Both the position numbers and the translations under genes were made by a program. Below are positions 40,761 through 51,726 of a DNA stretch of 64,000 nucleotides, piece by piece (the first letter of the stretch is position 1; each line of letters opens with the position of its first letter). The notes under the pieces were generated by a model, which was not told where the DNA came from, searched no databases, and saw nothing but the letters and a program-made list of their open reading frames with translations. The DNA is from an uncultured Acidobacteriota bacterium (GTDB lineage Bacteria; Acidobacteriota; Thermoanaerobaculia; UBA5066; Gp7-AA6), in contig CAVXTP010000022.1 of assembly GCA_963764715.1 (NCBI GenBank), forward strand, positions 320,001 to 384,000, in the 5' to 3' direction.

Positions 40761-42739
40761 TCTTTCTGTGTCCGGTGAATCGTTTCCGTCTTGCCGCCTT
40801 CGGGGGCGGTGATCTCGACGCTACGCCCCCGGTCGGTGATCGTCAAGATGGCCCCCGCTACGCGGTTGCCGCCGGCGTCGGTGACGCGCGCCGGATGGCC
40901 CCACAGGACCGTTTTTCCGGCCTTCGGCGAGTCGAGGGCCTTCTCGGCCTCGGCCGAGCGTCCGACCGTCCGGTCGGTCATCTTGACGTCGCCCGAGATC
41001 TCGACGCTCTCGACCTGCCCGTCCTTATCGAGCCAGGCCGTCGAGGCGCCGCCCGTCGAGCGCCAGCCGCCGCGCGTGACGCCGACGCCGCCCTCGAACC
41101 GCGCGCTCCGGTCGGAGTCCTGGTACAGCAGACGGCTCGCCGTGATCACCGAGGCCGGCCGCGGCGCGGCGCCGGCGGTCTTCGCCGGCGCGGGCGCCAT
41201 CACGGCCCGGACCTGCCCGTCGGCGCGCACGGTGCGGTCGGCGTCGGACAGGACGATCGTGTCGGCGAAGAGCGAGGAGTCGTCCTGCCAGAGCGTCGCC
41301 GAGCCCGTCAGGGTCGCGAGATGACGCGCGTCCTCGAGGAAGATGCGGTCGGCCTTCGCGAACGTCGATTTCTTCGGATCGCCGATGAAGGCCGTGCGGT
41401 TGACTTTCTTCTGGGCGTCGGGGCTGAACACCGCCCGGGCGCGCCCGTCGCCGCGGACGGTCTGCTTCCCGCGGTCGAGCTCGATCGTCTCGGCCGAGAG
41501 CTTCGAGCCGGCGCTGTCGACGTGCGCGGCCCGCGCCGGCTCCCCCGTCAGGACCCAGACGTCGCCGTCGGGTCGCTGCACGGCGCGCGCGGCCTGCCCG
41601 CCGCGTCCGTCCGCCTCGACGCGGACGTCGCCCGCGAGCGTGATGTTCCGCGCCGTGCCGTCCCGGCCGAGGGCGAGGCTTCCCTCGCGCGCGTCGGCGT
41701 GGCCGCCCGGAAAGTCGACGCGCACGTCTCCCGCGCCCGAGGCCGTGGATGCCTCGCCGTTCTCGAAGCCGATCTCGATCCGCTTCGCCGTGACCCGCCG
41801 GGCCCCCTCCGAGATCGTGGCCGGCGCTCCCGTCAGGACGACCGAGCGGGACTTCCCCGAGGCGTCGAACGCGAGCGTCGCCTCGTCGCCGGAGTAAGGG
41901 CGTTCGGGCCGGGGGCCCGCCGCGCCGGAGTCCGCCGGGGCCGGACCTCCCGCGAGCAGCCCCCGCACGTTGCCGCTCGCCCGCGCCGAGGAAGGCTTGC
42001 CCCCCTCCGCCGCCATCCGCAGCTCGAGCCGGTCGGCCGCGAGGCGATCCCCGCCGCCCGAGGCCGCGTCCACGAACTCGAGCTCGACGGCGCCGGTGTC
42101 GCGGCGATAGAGGCCCTGCCGCGCCGTGAGCTTCGAGAGCGCGCCATCGCGCTCGCCCGTCGCGGTCCCCTCGACCGGCCCCGCGAATCGCACGACCCGG
42201 TCGGCCAGGTCGTAGCTCGCCGACGGCGCGGTGAACCGGCCCGTCCCCTGGGTGAGCACGACCCGACCGGGGGCCTCGAGCCGGCGGATGTTCGGCTTGA
42301 AGACGATCTGGTCCGTCGTCGCGAGCTGGCCCTCGCGGTCGTTCCACCGGACGTTGCCGGAGAGGCGCGACTCGCGCGTCCGCTCGTCGTAGTCGGCGTG
42401 GTCGGAATGGACGGTCACCGGCGGACCGTCGTCCGGGTACACCGTCAGCTCGACTTTCTCGCCGGCGTAGAGGTTCGGCGCCAGCCCCGCCGCCGGCCCG
42501 TACCCGATGGTTCGGTCCGCCTTGATCCGCATCAGCGGCTTGCCGCCGACCGACTCGGTGAAGTCGAAGCCTTCGAGAAGGGTCGTGGCCTCTCCCGACG
42601 CCTCGGGCGCCGGCGGAATGGCGGCTCCCGGACGCCCGGCCTCCGGCCGGCGGCCCGGCCGGAAGGAGATCCCCAGAACGGCGAGGAAGATCGCCGCGAG
42701 CGCGACGACCGCGAGCTCGAGCTTTCGCCTCGATCTCAT
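40757..42739 (-). CDS. Large LptC/LptA (OstA-repeat) periplasmic bridge protein
   Basis: N-terminal TM then repeated beta-jellyroll units (LSGNVR, ASGNVR, LAGDVRV, ADGQVR, FEGGV, ISGDV); directly upstream of lptB. Confidence 0.8.
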   Translation of the reverse strand: MRSRRKLELAVVALAAIFLAVLGISFRPGRRPEAGRPGAAIPPAPEASGEATTLLEGFDFTESVGGKPLMRIKADRTIGYGPAAGLAPNLYAGEKVELTVYPDDGPPVTVHSDHADYDERTRESRLSGNVRWNDREGQLATTDQIVFKPNIRRLEAPGRVVLTQGTGRFTAPSASYDLADRVVRFAGPVEGTATGERDGALSKLTARQGLYRRDTGAVELEFVDAASGGGDRLAADRLELRMAAEGGKPSSARASGNVRGLLAGGPAPADSGAAGPRPERPYSGDEATLAFDASGKSRSVVLTGAPATISEGARRVTAKRIEIGFENGEASTASGAGDVRVDFPGGHADAREGSLALGRDGTARNITLAGDVRVEADGRGGQAARAVQRPDGDVWVLTGEPARAAHVDSAGSKLSAETIELDRGKQTVRGDGRARAVFSPDAQKKVNRTAFIGDPKKSTFAKADRIFLEDARHLATLTGSATLWQDDSSLFADTIVLSDADRTVRADGQVRAVMAPAPAKTAGAAPRPASVITASRLLYQDSDRSARFEGGVGVTRGGWRSTGGASTAWLDKDGQVESVEISGDVKMTDRTVGRSAEAEKALDSPKAGKTVLWGHPARVTDAGGNRVAGAILTITDRGRSVEITAPEGGKTETIHRTQKD

Positions 42740-44502
42740 TCGCCCGCGCCCTGCGGCCGCGCCGCCAGGATCTCGGCCCGGACCGGATACCCGGCGCGGT
42801 TCTCGATGCGGTAGAGGACGTCCATCGGCTCGCCCGCCGCCGTCATGGCTTCGAGCGGCGCGCCCGGCTTCCAGGCGATCGCCCCGATCGTGCGCGAGCC
42901 GTCGCCGAGCCGCCCGCGCAGCCCCGAGGCGCCGACCCGGGAAAACGGCCCCGCGGCGCGCACGCCCCGCGCGAGGAAGACCGGCGCGGGGTTGCCGGAG
43001 CCGTGCGGCTCGAGCCGGGCGAGCTCGGCGCAGAGCTCGTCGCCGATCTCCGCGAGCGCAAGCTCCGCGTCGGCCTCGTCCACGCGCTCGAGCGCCTCCG
43101 GCGGGACGCGCGCGGCAAAGAGCTCCCGGGCCTCCCCGCGGAACGCCTCGAAGTGGTCGGCGGGCAGGCTGCCGCCGACGGCCTGGCTGTGGCCGCCGAA
43201 GTCCGTGAAGCGATGCGCGATCTCCGACAGCACGGCATGCAGCGAGACGCCCGGGATGCTCCGCCCGGACCCGCTCGCCCGGTCCCCGTGAATCCCGAAG
43301 AGAAGGACGGGCCGGTGGTATTCCCGCGCCAGGCGCGAGGCCGCGATTCCGAGGACTCCCCGGTGCCACCCGGGATCGGCCTCGATGAGGACGGCGTGCG
43401 CGCCGGCGCCCGGGCCGTCCTCGATGCGGGCCCGGGCCTCGTCCACGACGCGGCGCTCGAGGGCCTGGCGCTCGGCGTTGCCGGCCGAGAGCTCCCGCGC
43501 GATTCCCGCGGCCCGCTCCCGGTCGGGCTCCTCGAAGAGCGAGAGCGCCAGCATCGCCGTGTCGATCCGGCCCGCCGCGTTGAGCCGCGGTCCGATCCGG
43601 AAGGCGACGTCCTCGGACGTCGGGGCCGCGCCCGGCGCGAGGCCGGCCTCGGCGAGCAGGGCCCGGAGGCCGGGCGCGCGCGCCGCCGCGAGCGCGGCGA
43701 GCCCCGCCGCGGCGATCGAGCGGTTCTCCCCCGTCAGCGGGACGAGGTCGGCGATCGTGCCGAGGCAGGCCGCCCGCAGGAGCGACTCGGGCGAGAGCCG
43801 CGCCCCGGCCCGGCGCGCGACGGCGAGCGCGATCTTCATGGCGATCCCGGTCGCGGCGAGCTCCTTCTCGGGGTACTCGCAGCCGGGCTGCCGCGGGTTG
43901 ACGACGATCGCACCGGCCGGAAGCTCCGACGGCACGAGGTGGTGGTCGGTGACGATGACCTCGACGCCGGCCTCCCGCGCGCACGCCACGCCCTCGACGG
44001 CGGTGATGCCGCAGTCGACGGTCACGATCGCCGCCGGGGAGAGCTCGGCGAGCACGCGGCGGACGGTCTCCGGCTTCAGGCCGTAGCCGTCGCGGAGGCG
44101 GTGCGGGATGAACGCCGCCGACTCGGCTCCCGCGAGCCGCAGGGCCGCCCGGAGCTGCGCGACGGACGTGACGCCGTCCACGTCGTAGTCGCCGAAGACG
44201 ACGACGCGGCCGCCGCGGCGGGCGGTCGAGACGAGGAGGTCGGCGGCGGCGCCGACGTTGAGCATCCGGTCGGGATCGTGGAAGGGCCCCTCGCGCGGCG
44301 AGAGGAACGCGCGGGCCTCCGCGGCGCCGTCGACCCCGCGCCGGCGGAGGAGCCGCGCGAGGAGGCTCGAGACGCCGGCTTCGCGGGCGAGCCTCGCGGT
44401 TTCGGCCGGATCTTCCCCGGCGAGCCTCCACTTCCCCACTCGCGGGATCATCGCCGCCCGGCCGGTCAATTCGTGTCCTCGCGCGGCCGGCGCGACGCTC
44501 AC
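42736..44502 (-). CDS. recJ: ssDNA exonuclease RecJ (alternative start ATG 44451)
   Basis: FGDYDVDG, TVDCG, TDHH, LGTIADLVPL.GENR, PRLNAAGR, GSGRS, FGGH. Confidence 0.95.
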   Translation of the reverse strand: MSVAPAARGHELTGRAAMIPRVGKWRLAGEDPAETARLAREAGVSSLLARLLRRRGVDGAAEARAFLSPREGPFHDPDRMLNVGAAADLLVSTARRGGRVVVFGDYDVDGVTSVAQLRAALRLAGAESAAFIPHRLRDGYGLKPETVRRVLAELSPAAIVTVDCGITAVEGVACAREAGVEVIVTDHHLVPSELPAGAIVVNPRQPGCEYPEKELAATGIAMKIALAVARRAGARLSPESLLRAACLGTIADLVPLTGENRSIAAAGLAALAAARAPGLRALLAEAGLAPGAAPTSEDVAFRIGPRLNAAGRIDTAMLALSLFEEPDRERAAGIARELSAGNAERQALERRVVDEARARIEDGPGAGAHAVLIEADPGWHRGVLGIAASRLAREYHRPVLLFGIHGDRASGSGRSIPGVSLHAVLSEIAHRFTDFGGHSQAVGGSLPADHFEAFRGEARELFAARVPPEALERVDEADAELALAEIGDELCAELARLEPHGSGNPAPVFLARGVRAAGPFSRVGASGLRGRLGDGSRTIGAIAWKPGAPLEAMTAAGEPMDVLYRIENRAGYPVRAEILAARPQGAGE

Positions 44503-45461
44503 GTGGCCGCGGCGGTCTCGAAACGGCCGAGCGCGCGCAGGCGCCGGTAGCGGCGTTCGCGGCGCTCTTCGGCCGTCAGGTCGGCGACCTCCCGCAGGTG
44601 CCGCTCGATCGCCTCGCCGACGGCGGCCGCGGCGCCCGGCGGGTCGGAGTGCGCGCCGCCCGGCGGCTCGGGCACGATCTCGTCGATGACGTCGAGCTCG
44701 ATCAGGTCCTTCGCCGTCAGCTTCAGGGCCTCGGCCGCGTCCTTCTTGCGGGCGGCGTCCTTCCAGAGAATGGCCGCGCAGCCTTCCGGGGAGATGACGG
44801 AGTAGATCGAGTGCTCGAGCATCAGGACGCGGTCGCCGATCCCGAGAGCGAGCGCCCCGCCGGATCCGCCCTCGCCGGTGACGGCGACGATGATCGGGAC
44901 GTGGAAGCGGGCCATCGCCTTCAGGTTGACGGCGATCGCCTCGGCCTGGCCCCGCTCCTCGGCGTCGATGCCCGGGTAGGCTCCGGCCGTGTCGATGAAG
45001 GACAGGATCGGGCGGCCGAACTTCTCGGCGAGCTCCATGACGCGGAGCGCCTTGCGGAACCCGTCCGGCCGCGGCATCCCGAAGTTGCGGCGGATCTTCT
45101 CCTTGGTGTCCCGGCCCTTCTGGTGGCCGACGATCGCGACCGGCCGGCCGCGGAACTCGCCGAAGCCGGAGACGACGGCCGGGTCCTCCGAGAACTTGCG
45201 GTCGCCGTGGAGCTCGACGAACTCGGTCACGAGGGCCTGGATGTAGTCGAGGGTGTACGGCCGGGCCGGGTGGCGGGCGACGAGCGTCTTCTGCCACGGG
45301 GTCAGGCTCGAGTACACCTCGCGGGAGACGCGGTCGAGCTTCTCGCGGAGCTTCTCGATCTCCTTCCGGCGGCCGGCGTCGTCGGGGAGCGCGGACAGCT
45401 CCTCGATTCGGCGGCGCAGGCGGATGATGGGCTCCTCGAAGTGGCCGTTCTCCTGGTTCAC
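44499..45461 (-). CDS. accA: Acetyl-CoA carboxylase carboxyltransferase alpha
   Basis: ARHPARPYTLDYI, GHQKGRDTKE, AEERGQAEAIA, GEGGSGGAL. Confidence 0.97.
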   Translation of the reverse strand: MNQENGHFEEPIIRLRRRIEELSALPDDAGRRKEIEKLREKLDRVSREVYSSLTPWQKTLVARHPARPYTLDYIQALVTEFVELHGDRKFSEDPAVVSGFGEFRGRPVAIVGHQKGRDTKEKIRRNFGMPRPDGFRKALRVMELAEKFGRPILSFIDTAGAYPGIDAEERGQAEAIAVNLKAMARFHVPIIVAVTGEGGSGGALALGIGDRVLMLEHSIYSVISPEGCAAILWKDAARKKDAAEALKLTAKDLIELDVIDEIVPEPPGGAHSDPPGAAAAVGEAIERHLREVADLTAEERRERRYRRLRALGRFETAAAT

Positions 45462-45490
45462 GGATTGATTGTACCGGCTGGTGAGGGGGC

Positions 45491-47905
45491 CTACATCAGG
45501 TCCTGCGGGTCGACGTCCACCGCGATCTGCGTTCCCGCGGGCGCCCGCTCGGGGACGGCGGCTTCGAGGGCCGCGAGAACGGCCCGCCGGTCGGCCGCGC
45601 GCACGAGGATCTGGAACCGCCAGCGCCCCTGGAGCCGTTCGAGCGGCGCGGGCGCCGGGCCCGAGATCCGCAGGTCTCCCCCGGCCGTCCGGAGCGCGTC
45701 GCCGATGCCGCGCGCCGCGGCCTCAGCCCGCTCGCGGTGGACGGACGAGGCGAGGACCGCGGCGAGCTCGCAGTACGGCGGGTAGAAGAAGGCGCGCCGG
45801 AACTCGAGCTCCTGCCGGGCGAAGGTCTCCGCGTCGTGCCGGGCCGCGAGCACGACCGCGGGATGGGACGGGTGAAACGTCTGGACGTGGACGGTGCCCG
45901 GCGAGTCGCCGCGCCCCGCGCGCCCCGCGACCTGCGCGAGGAGCTGAAAGGTCTTCTCCGCCGAGCGGAAGTCCGGAAAGTGGAGCAGCGTGTCGGCCGA
46001 GAGCACCCCGACGGCGGTGACTCCCGGAAAGTCGTGGCCCTTGGCGACCATCTGGGTCCCGATCAGGCACGCGGCGCGGCCCGACTGGAACTCCTCGATG
46101 ACGGCCGCCGCGCCCCGCCGTCGCGCCGTGTCCCGGTCGAGCACGACGCTCTCGACACCCGGGAAGAGGCCGGCGAACCGCTCGGCCACGCGCTCGGTCC
46201 CGGCGCCGATCGCCTCGAGCAGCCCGCCGCCGCACTCGGGGCACCGCGCGGGCCGCGGCACCCTTTCCCCGCAGTAGTGGCAGACGAGGCGCTGGCCGCG
46301 CTCGTGCACCGTCCGGGCGACGCTGCAGCGCGAGCACCGGAAGTCGTGGCCGCAGTCCCGGCACAGGAGAAACGGCGCGAAGCCGCGGCGGGGCTGGAGC
46401 AGGATCGCCTGCTCGCCGCGGGAGAAGGTCTCGCGCAGGCGCTCGACGAGCGGCCGCGAGAAGAGCGGGACGCCCTTCTCCTCGGGCCGCGCGGTCTCCC
46501 GCCGAAGGTCCACGATCGCGACCGACGGGAGCGGCCGCGACGCGATCCGCTCGGGCAGCGTCAGCTTCGTCACGCGGCCGCGCTCGGCCGCGTGGAACGC
46601 CTCGACGGACGGCGTCGCCGAGCCGAAGACGAGGGCCGCGCCGTTCTCCCGCGCGCGGAGGGCGACGACCTCCCGCGCGTCGTACCGCGGGGATTCGCGC
46701 TGCTTGTACGACGCGTCGTGCTCCTCGTCGACGATGAAGAGGCCGGGGTCCTCGACGGGAGCGAACGCGGCCGAGCGCGGCCCGATGACGGCGAGCGCGT
46801 CGCCCGCGCGCACGCGGTCCCAGGCTTCGGCGCGCTCGCGCTCCGAGAGCGCCGAGTGCAGCACCGCCGCCCGCTCCGGGAACTGCCGGCGGAGCTCGCG
46901 GGCGAAGACCGGCGTCAGCGAGATCTCGGGCACGAGCCAGATCGCGCCGCGCCCGGCCTCGAGCGCCGTCCGGATCGCGCGGAGATAGACCTCGGTCTTT
47001 CCGCTGCCCGTGACCCCCTGGAGGAGCGCCGGGAAGTACCGGCGCTCGCGGATCGCGCCGGCGATCGCGTCGATGGCGAAGGTCTGCGGGGCCGTCAGCG
47101 CGAAGGCGGTCGGCCCCGGCCCGGCGCCCGGGGTCGGCCGGTCGTCTTTTCGCTCCTGCTCGAAGGAACGGACGAGCCCCCGGGCGGCGAGGCCGCGCAG
47201 CAGCGCGGGCCCGGCTCCCGTCGCGAGGCGGATCTCGGCGGCCGTGGCGGCCCGTCCGATCGAGTCGAGGAACTCCACGACGACGCGGCCCCGGCGGCTT
47301 CGCGCCAGCGCCTTCGCGCGCTCGCCGGGGTCGGCCGCGACGGAGGCCCACGCCGTCTCGGTCCGCGCGACGGGGCGGCGCGCGGCGGCGACCGGCCGGA
47401 CGAGCCCGGCCTCCTCGAGCCGCCGGAGAGCCTCGCGGCGGGCGCGCCCCTCGCCCGGAAGCTCCACGACGCGCACCGCGTCGCCGGAGGCGAGCCGCTC
47501 GAGGATCGCGCGCTCCTCGCCGGTCCCGCGCGGCGGCCCCAGGATGCCGGCGTCGGTGATGCGGTAGCGCACGGCGCCGGAAGCCGGGAGACGCGCGGGG
47601 AGGGCGCTCTTGAGGACCTCGCCGATCGACGCGAAGAATCGATCGGCGACGCGGGCGGCCGTGGCGAGGAGCTCGGGCGGACAGACCGGCTCGGCGTCGA
47701 GCACCTCGAGGATCGCCCGTTCGCCGGCCGCGGGCTCCGCCGCTTCCGCCGCCAGGGTGACCCCGGTCAGGACCCGCTCGCCGAATGGCACCCGCACGCG
47801 GACTCCCGGGGCGGGGACGGGCTGACCCTCGGGGACGAGGTACGTGAAGCTCTGTCGCAGCGGGAGCGGGAGGGCGACCGAGATCCGGCGGACCGTCGCG
47901 GTCAA
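45491..47905 (-). CDS. priA: Primosomal protein N'
   Basis: GVTGSGKTEVY, LVPEISLTP, DEEHD, four CxxC pairs, GTQMVAKGHDFP, QVAGRAGR. Confidence 0.97.
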   Translation of the reverse strand: MTATVRRISVALPLPLRQSFTYLVPEGQPVPAPGVRVRVPFGERVLTGVTLAAEAAEPAAGERAILEVLDAEPVCPPELLATAARVADRFFASIGEVLKSALPARLPASGAVRYRITDAGILGPPRGTGEERAILERLASGDAVRVVELPGEGRARREALRRLEEAGLVRPVAAARRPVARTETAWASVAADPGERAKALARSRRGRVVVEFLDSIGRAATAAEIRLATGAGPALLRGLAARGLVRSFEQERKDDRPTPGAGPGPTAFALTAPQTFAIDAIAGAIRERRYFPALLQGVTGSGKTEVYLRAIRTALEAGRGAIWLVPEISLTPVFARELRRQFPERAAVLHSALSERERAEAWDRVRAGDALAVIGPRSAAFAPVEDPGLFIVDEEHDASYKQRESPRYDAREVVALRARENGAALVFGSATPSVEAFHAAERGRVTKLTLPERIASRPLPSVAIVDLRRETARPEEKGVPLFSRPLVERLRETFSRGEQAILLQPRRGFAPFLLCRDCGHDFRCSRCSVARTVHERGQRLVCHYCGERVPRPARCPECGGGLLEAIGAGTERVAERFAGLFPGVESVVLDRDTARRRGAAAVIEEFQSGRAACLIGTQMVAKGHDFPGVTAVGVLSADTLLHFPDFRSAEKTFQLLAQVAGRAGRGDSPGTVHVQTFHPSHPAVVLAARHDAETFARQELEFRRAFFYPPYCELAAVLASSVHRERAEAAARGIGDALRTAGGDLRISGPAPAPLERLQGRWRFQILVRAADRRAVLAALEAAVPERAPAGTQIAVDVDPQDLM

Positions 47906-48522
47906 GTCTGCGCCGCCGGGGGCGAGGACGGCTCGTCGGGGGTGTCGCGCACGAAGACGTGGAGCCGCCGCTCGGGGTCCCAGCGATAGCGCCGCGTGGC
48001 GTCGTCGTCCATGTCGGGCGTCACGACGATGGCGTCGCGATCGAGCGAAACGTCGCCGTCGGCGAGCGAGATGTCGCGCTCGAGGAAGACGCCGGGAGCG
48101 AACGTGCCGCCGGCCTGGCCGTCGAAGACGACGACCGAGAACCAGGGCGAATCCTTGTCGGAATCCCGCCGGACGAAGGCGAGCACGAAGTCGAGGAGCC
48201 CGTCGTCGTTGACGTCCCCGCGCACGAAGTAGGGATGGTAGACGCCGTACATGTCGGCCACGTCGTCGGAGGCTTCGGTGTGCCGCCGGTCGTCGTCGTC
48301 GGCCGCCCGGAGGTCGGGATTGGCCCGCAGGAACGCGGCGACCGCGGACCTCTCCGCGGGGCGGAAGTCGTAGCCCGCCGCCTCGACGCTGGCGGGGGCG
48401 TGGGGCGGCTCCGGACGCGTCGCCGGCGGCGATGCCGCGGCCTCGATCGATTCCCGGCGGCGGCAGGCCGCCGCGGCGAGGAGGAGGCCGAGGGCCACGG
48501 AGCGGGCGACGCGCGCGTTCAT
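47902..48522 (-). CDS. Lipoprotein with a DxNxDG Ca-binding-like loop
   Basis: Lipobox AAAAC; GDVNDDGLLDF. Confidence 0.75.
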   Translation of the reverse strand: MNARVARSVALGLLLAAAACRRRESIEAAASPPATRPEPPHAPASVEAAGYDFRPAERSAVAAFLRANPDLRAADDDDRRHTEASDDVADMYGVYHPYFVRGDVNDDGLLDFVLAFVRRDSDKDSPWFSVVVFDGQAGGTFAPGVFLERDISLADGDVSLDRDAIVVTPDMDDDATRRYRWDPERRLHVFVRDTPDEPSSPPAAQT

Positions 48523-48601
48523 CGTGCGGAGGCCGATTCTACGGCAGAGGCCGGGCCCTGTGAGAAGATCTCGGCCGATTCCATTCGAGAGGAGGACTTC
48601 C

Positions 48602-49336
48602 ATGTTCAGCTGGCCGCAGGATTTTGCGACCAATTTCCAGTTTCTGCTCCGCTGGATCCACTTCCTGTCGGGCATCACCTGGATCGGGATGCTCTATTTC
48701 TTCAACCTCGTCAACGTCCAGTTTCAGAAGGAAATCGACGCCGCGGTCAAGGGGAAGATCAATCCGATCCTCCTGCCGAAGACCCTCTGGTGGTTCCGCT
48801 GGGGAGCCGTGTTCACGTGGTTCTCGGGATTCATCTACTACTTCCTGCTCGTCGGCTCCGAGCCCACCGGGCACAAGCCCCTGGCGTACTTTCTCGTGGG
48901 CTGGTCGATCGCCTTCGTCGTGATCTCCGCCCTCTACCGCATGGCCATCGCCGGCGGACCGCTCAAGGACGGGCGGGTGCTGGCGATCCTGATCGCGATC
49001 ATCGTCCTCTTCATCGGGTACGCGACGGCCCTCATGGCGCAGCAGGCCGGCTCCTCCAGCAAGACGATCTCGATCATGGTCGGCGGCGGCCTCGGCACCA
49101 TCATGTTCTTCAACGTCTGGATGATCATCTGGCCGCTCCAGAAGAAGATCATCGCGGCGACGAAGGCCACCGCCGAGAGCGGAGCGCCCGCTCCCGCCGA
49201 CATGCCGAAGTGGGCACGGCGCGCGTTCCTCGCCTCCCGCACCAATGCGTGGCTCTCGATCCCGATGCTCTTCTTCATGGGCGCGGCGAGCCACTTCCCC
49301 ATCTTCTCGACGCTCGAGAAGGTCGTCGCGCCGTAG
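48602..49336 (+). CDS. PuuD/urate-oxidase N-terminal-like membrane protein with no cytochrome c domain
   Basis: RWIHFLSGITWIGMLYFFN, LWWFRWGA, GTIMFFNVWMIIWPLQKKI, SRTNAWLSIPMLFFM; SD GAGGAGG. Confidence 0.8.
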   Translation: MFSWPQDFATNFQFLLRWIHFLSGITWIGMLYFFNLVNVQFQKEIDAAVKGKINPILLPKTLWWFRWGAVFTWFSGFIYYFLLVGSEPTGHKPLAYFLVGWSIAFVVISALYRMAIAGGPLKDGRVLAILIAIIVLFIGYATALMAQQAGSSSKTISIMVGGGLGTIMFFNVWMIIWPLQKKIIAATKATAESGAPAPADMPKWARRAFLASRTNAWLSIPMLFFMGAASHFPIFSTLEKVVAP

Positions 49337-49360
49337 ACGACCGGCCACCGTGTTCGGACG

Positions 49361-49386
49361 AGGGCGGCCTTCGGGCCGCCCTTTTC
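49361..49386 (+). terminator. Intrinsic terminator
   Basis: AGGGCGGCC-TTCG-GGCCGCCCT followed by TTT, between convergent genes. Confidence 0.75.
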
Positions 49387-51040
49387 ATCTCCCGGGTTTC
49401 GCGAAGATCCGCTCGAAGGCGCCGCCGGCGTTCCAGACGGGACGCGCCGCGTCGAGCGCGACCGACAGCCCGATCAGGAAGTAGTAGCGGACCTCGACCG
49501 CCATGCCGGCGTAGTCGAGCCCGGGCTTCCACTCGTCCGACGGCTGGTGATAGTGCTCCTTGATCCAGGCCGTCATCGTCGCGTGGTTGGTCTTCGTGTC
49601 CCCCGAGGCGTCGCGCTGGCCGACGCTCGGAAAAACGGACGGGATGCCCTGCTTGACGAAGCTGTACTGGTCGGAGCGGACGAAGAAGACCTCCTCGGGG
49701 TTGGGGTCCGGGCTGACGGAGAGGCCGAGGGCCGCCGCCGCCGCGCGAACGTCGCGGTCGAGCGAGCTGTGCTCGGCCCCGAGGGCGACGACGTCCCGCG
49801 GCGTCCACCAGCCGAGCGGGGCGTCGCTGTTGACGTCGGCGACGATCGAGGCGAGGGGGACGGTCGGATGGTGTACGAAGTAGTCCGACCCGAGCAGGCC
49901 CTTCTCCTCGGCGGTGACGCCGAGGAAGAGCACCGAGCGGGGCGGGCGCTTCGGCAGGGCCGCGAACGCCCGGGCGATCTCGGCGACGGCCGCCACGCCC
50001 GCGGCGTCGTCGACGGCGCCGTTGTAGATGTCGTCGCCGGCGACCGCGGGGCCGCGGCCGAGATGATCGAGATGGGCGGAAAAGACGACGTGCTCCCGTG
50101 AGCGCCCGGGATCCGAGCCCGGCAGGACGCCGACGACGTTCTCCGACGTCAGGCGGCGGACCGACGCGCCCGTCTCGAGCGTGGCCGTCAGTCCGAGCGG
50201 GAACGGACGCAGCTTTCCCTCCTGGCCCAGCGCCCGGAGGGAGGCGAGCGTGTCCGTGCGTCCGGCCGCCTTCAGGATCCGGGCGAAGGCGTCGGGGCTG
50301 ATCGCCGCGGCGGGGATGGGGCTCCCGCTCCCCGGGGCGTCGCCCTCGAGCCAGTACATCTTCTCGAAGGCGAGGTTGTGGCGCGCGGCCTTCTCCCACG
50401 GGTACGACTTGAGCGACTCCGGATTCGTCACCGTGATGAAGCCGACGGCCCCGCGCTCGGCGAGAAGGCGCGCCTTGCGCTGTGTGTCCCCGTAGACCGC
50501 GCTCGCCGCCGTCGGGAAGAAGTCCTCGCGCTCCGAGATCGGCGCCTTGGAGAGCACGACCGCGATCTTTCCGCGCAGGTCCCCGGGGACGTCGTCGTAA
50601 CCGTAGACCGGCGCCTGCACCCCGTAGCCCGCGAAGACGAGCTCGCCCGAGACCGTCGCAACGGGCCGGGACGGGGCCGGCGCCACGATGACTTCCGTCT
50701 CCGGGGAGAGCGTCCAGGCCGGCGCCGGCGAGTCGATGCGGAGCGCGCAGCGCGCCGGATCGACCTTGAGCGCGAGGAGAGGCACGGACTGGAACCAGGT
50801 CCCCTTCTCCCCCGCCGGCTGGACGCCGGCCGCCTGGAGCTGTGCGGCGAGATAGCGCGCCGCGATCGCGTGGCCCGGGGTGCCCGTTCCCCGGCCCTCG
50901 AGCAGGTCGTCCGCGAGGAAGCGGATGTGGGCGGAGAGGGCGGCGGGCTCGATCGCCGCGAGGCCCGGCGCCCCGACGCGGGCGAGCTCGGCCGGGGCGA
51001 TGGCGGCGAGGAACAGTCCGAGGGCGGCGAATCCCGGCAT
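49385..51040 (-). CDS. M28 family peptidase with PA domain
   Basis: FLADDLLEGRGTG, LVFAGYG, SAHLDHLG, YNGAVDDAAG, AEEKGLLGS, RSDQYSF, YHQPSD. Confidence 0.92.
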   Translation of the reverse strand: MPGFAALGLFLAAIAPAELARVGAPGLAAIEPAALSAHIRFLADDLLEGRGTGTPGHAIAARYLAAQLQAAGVQPAGEKGTWFQSVPLLALKVDPARCALRIDSPAPAWTLSPETEVIVAPAPSRPVATVSGELVFAGYGVQAPVYGYDDVPGDLRGKIAVVLSKAPISEREDFFPTAASAVYGDTQRKARLLAERGAVGFITVTNPESLKSYPWEKAARHNLAFEKMYWLEGDAPGSGSPIPAAAISPDAFARILKAAGRTDTLASLRALGQEGKLRPFPLGLTATLETGASVRRLTSENVVGVLPGSDPGRSREHVVFSAHLDHLGRGPAVAGDDIYNGAVDDAAGVAAVAEIARAFAALPKRPPRSVLFLGVTAEEKGLLGSDYFVHHPTVPLASIVADVNSDAPLGWWTPRDVVALGAEHSSLDRDVRAAAAALGLSVSPDPNPEEVFFVRSDQYSFVKQGIPSVFPSVGQRDASGDTKTNHATMTAWIKEHYHQPSDEWKPGLDYAGMAVEVRYYFLIGLSVALDAARPVWNAGGAFERIFAKPGR

Positions 51041-51057
51041 GGGTCCTCCCGGAAGGG

Positions 51058-51726
51058 CTATGGTCCCGCGAGGTAGTCGCGGACGAGCTTCATGTCTTCC
51101 CAGACGTCCTTCTTGCGCTCGGGCGAGCGCAGCAGGAAGGCCGGGTGAAAGGTCGGCATGACGCGCGTGCCGCGCGCCGCGCGCCAGCGGCCGCGCAGGC
51201 GCCCGATCGGCTCGTCGGTCTCGAGCACGGCCTGGGCCGCGAAGGTTCCGAGGGTGACGATCGCCCTCGGCGCGACGAGGCGGATCTGCTCCTCGAGGAA
51301 CGGGATGCAGGAGGCGACCTCGTCGGCCTCGGGATTGCGGTTGTTGGGCGGCCGGCACTTGAGGACGTTCGCGATGAAGACGTCCTCGCGCTTGCGGCCC
51401 ATGGCCTCGATGATCTTCGTCAGGAGCTGGCCCGCTCGGCCGACGAAGGCGAGGCCCTGCTCGTCCTCGTCGCGTCCCGGCGCCTCGCCCACGAACATGA
51501 GGTCGGCCTTCGGATTTCCCTGGCCGAAGACGATGTGGGTCCGGCCGCCCGCGAGCTTGCAGCGCTGGCAGTTCTCGAGGAACGTGGAGAGCGACGGCAG
51601 GTCGGGCATAGAGCCCGGGGAGAGGGGCGCGTTGGCGGGTGTCGCGGGCGTCGCGGGCCGGTCGACGAAGAGGTCGGTGACGCCGAGATCGCGGAAGAAC
51701 TCGAGCTCCGGCCGCGAATCGTTCAC
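51058..51726 (-). CDS. Family 4 uracil-DNA glycosylase
   Basis: [32 protein letters not shown]. Confidence 0.94.
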   Translation of the reverse strand: MNDSRPELEFFRDLGVTDLFVDRPATPATPANAPLSPGSMPDLPSLSTFLENCQRCKLAGGRTHIVFGQGNPKADLMFVGEAPGRDEDEQGLAFVGRAGQLLTKIIEAMGRKREDVFIANVLKCRPPNNRNPEADEVASCIPFLEEQIRLVAPRAIVTLGTFAAQAVLETDEPIGRLRGRWRAARGTRVMPTFHPAFLLRSPERKKDVWEDMKLVRDYLAGP

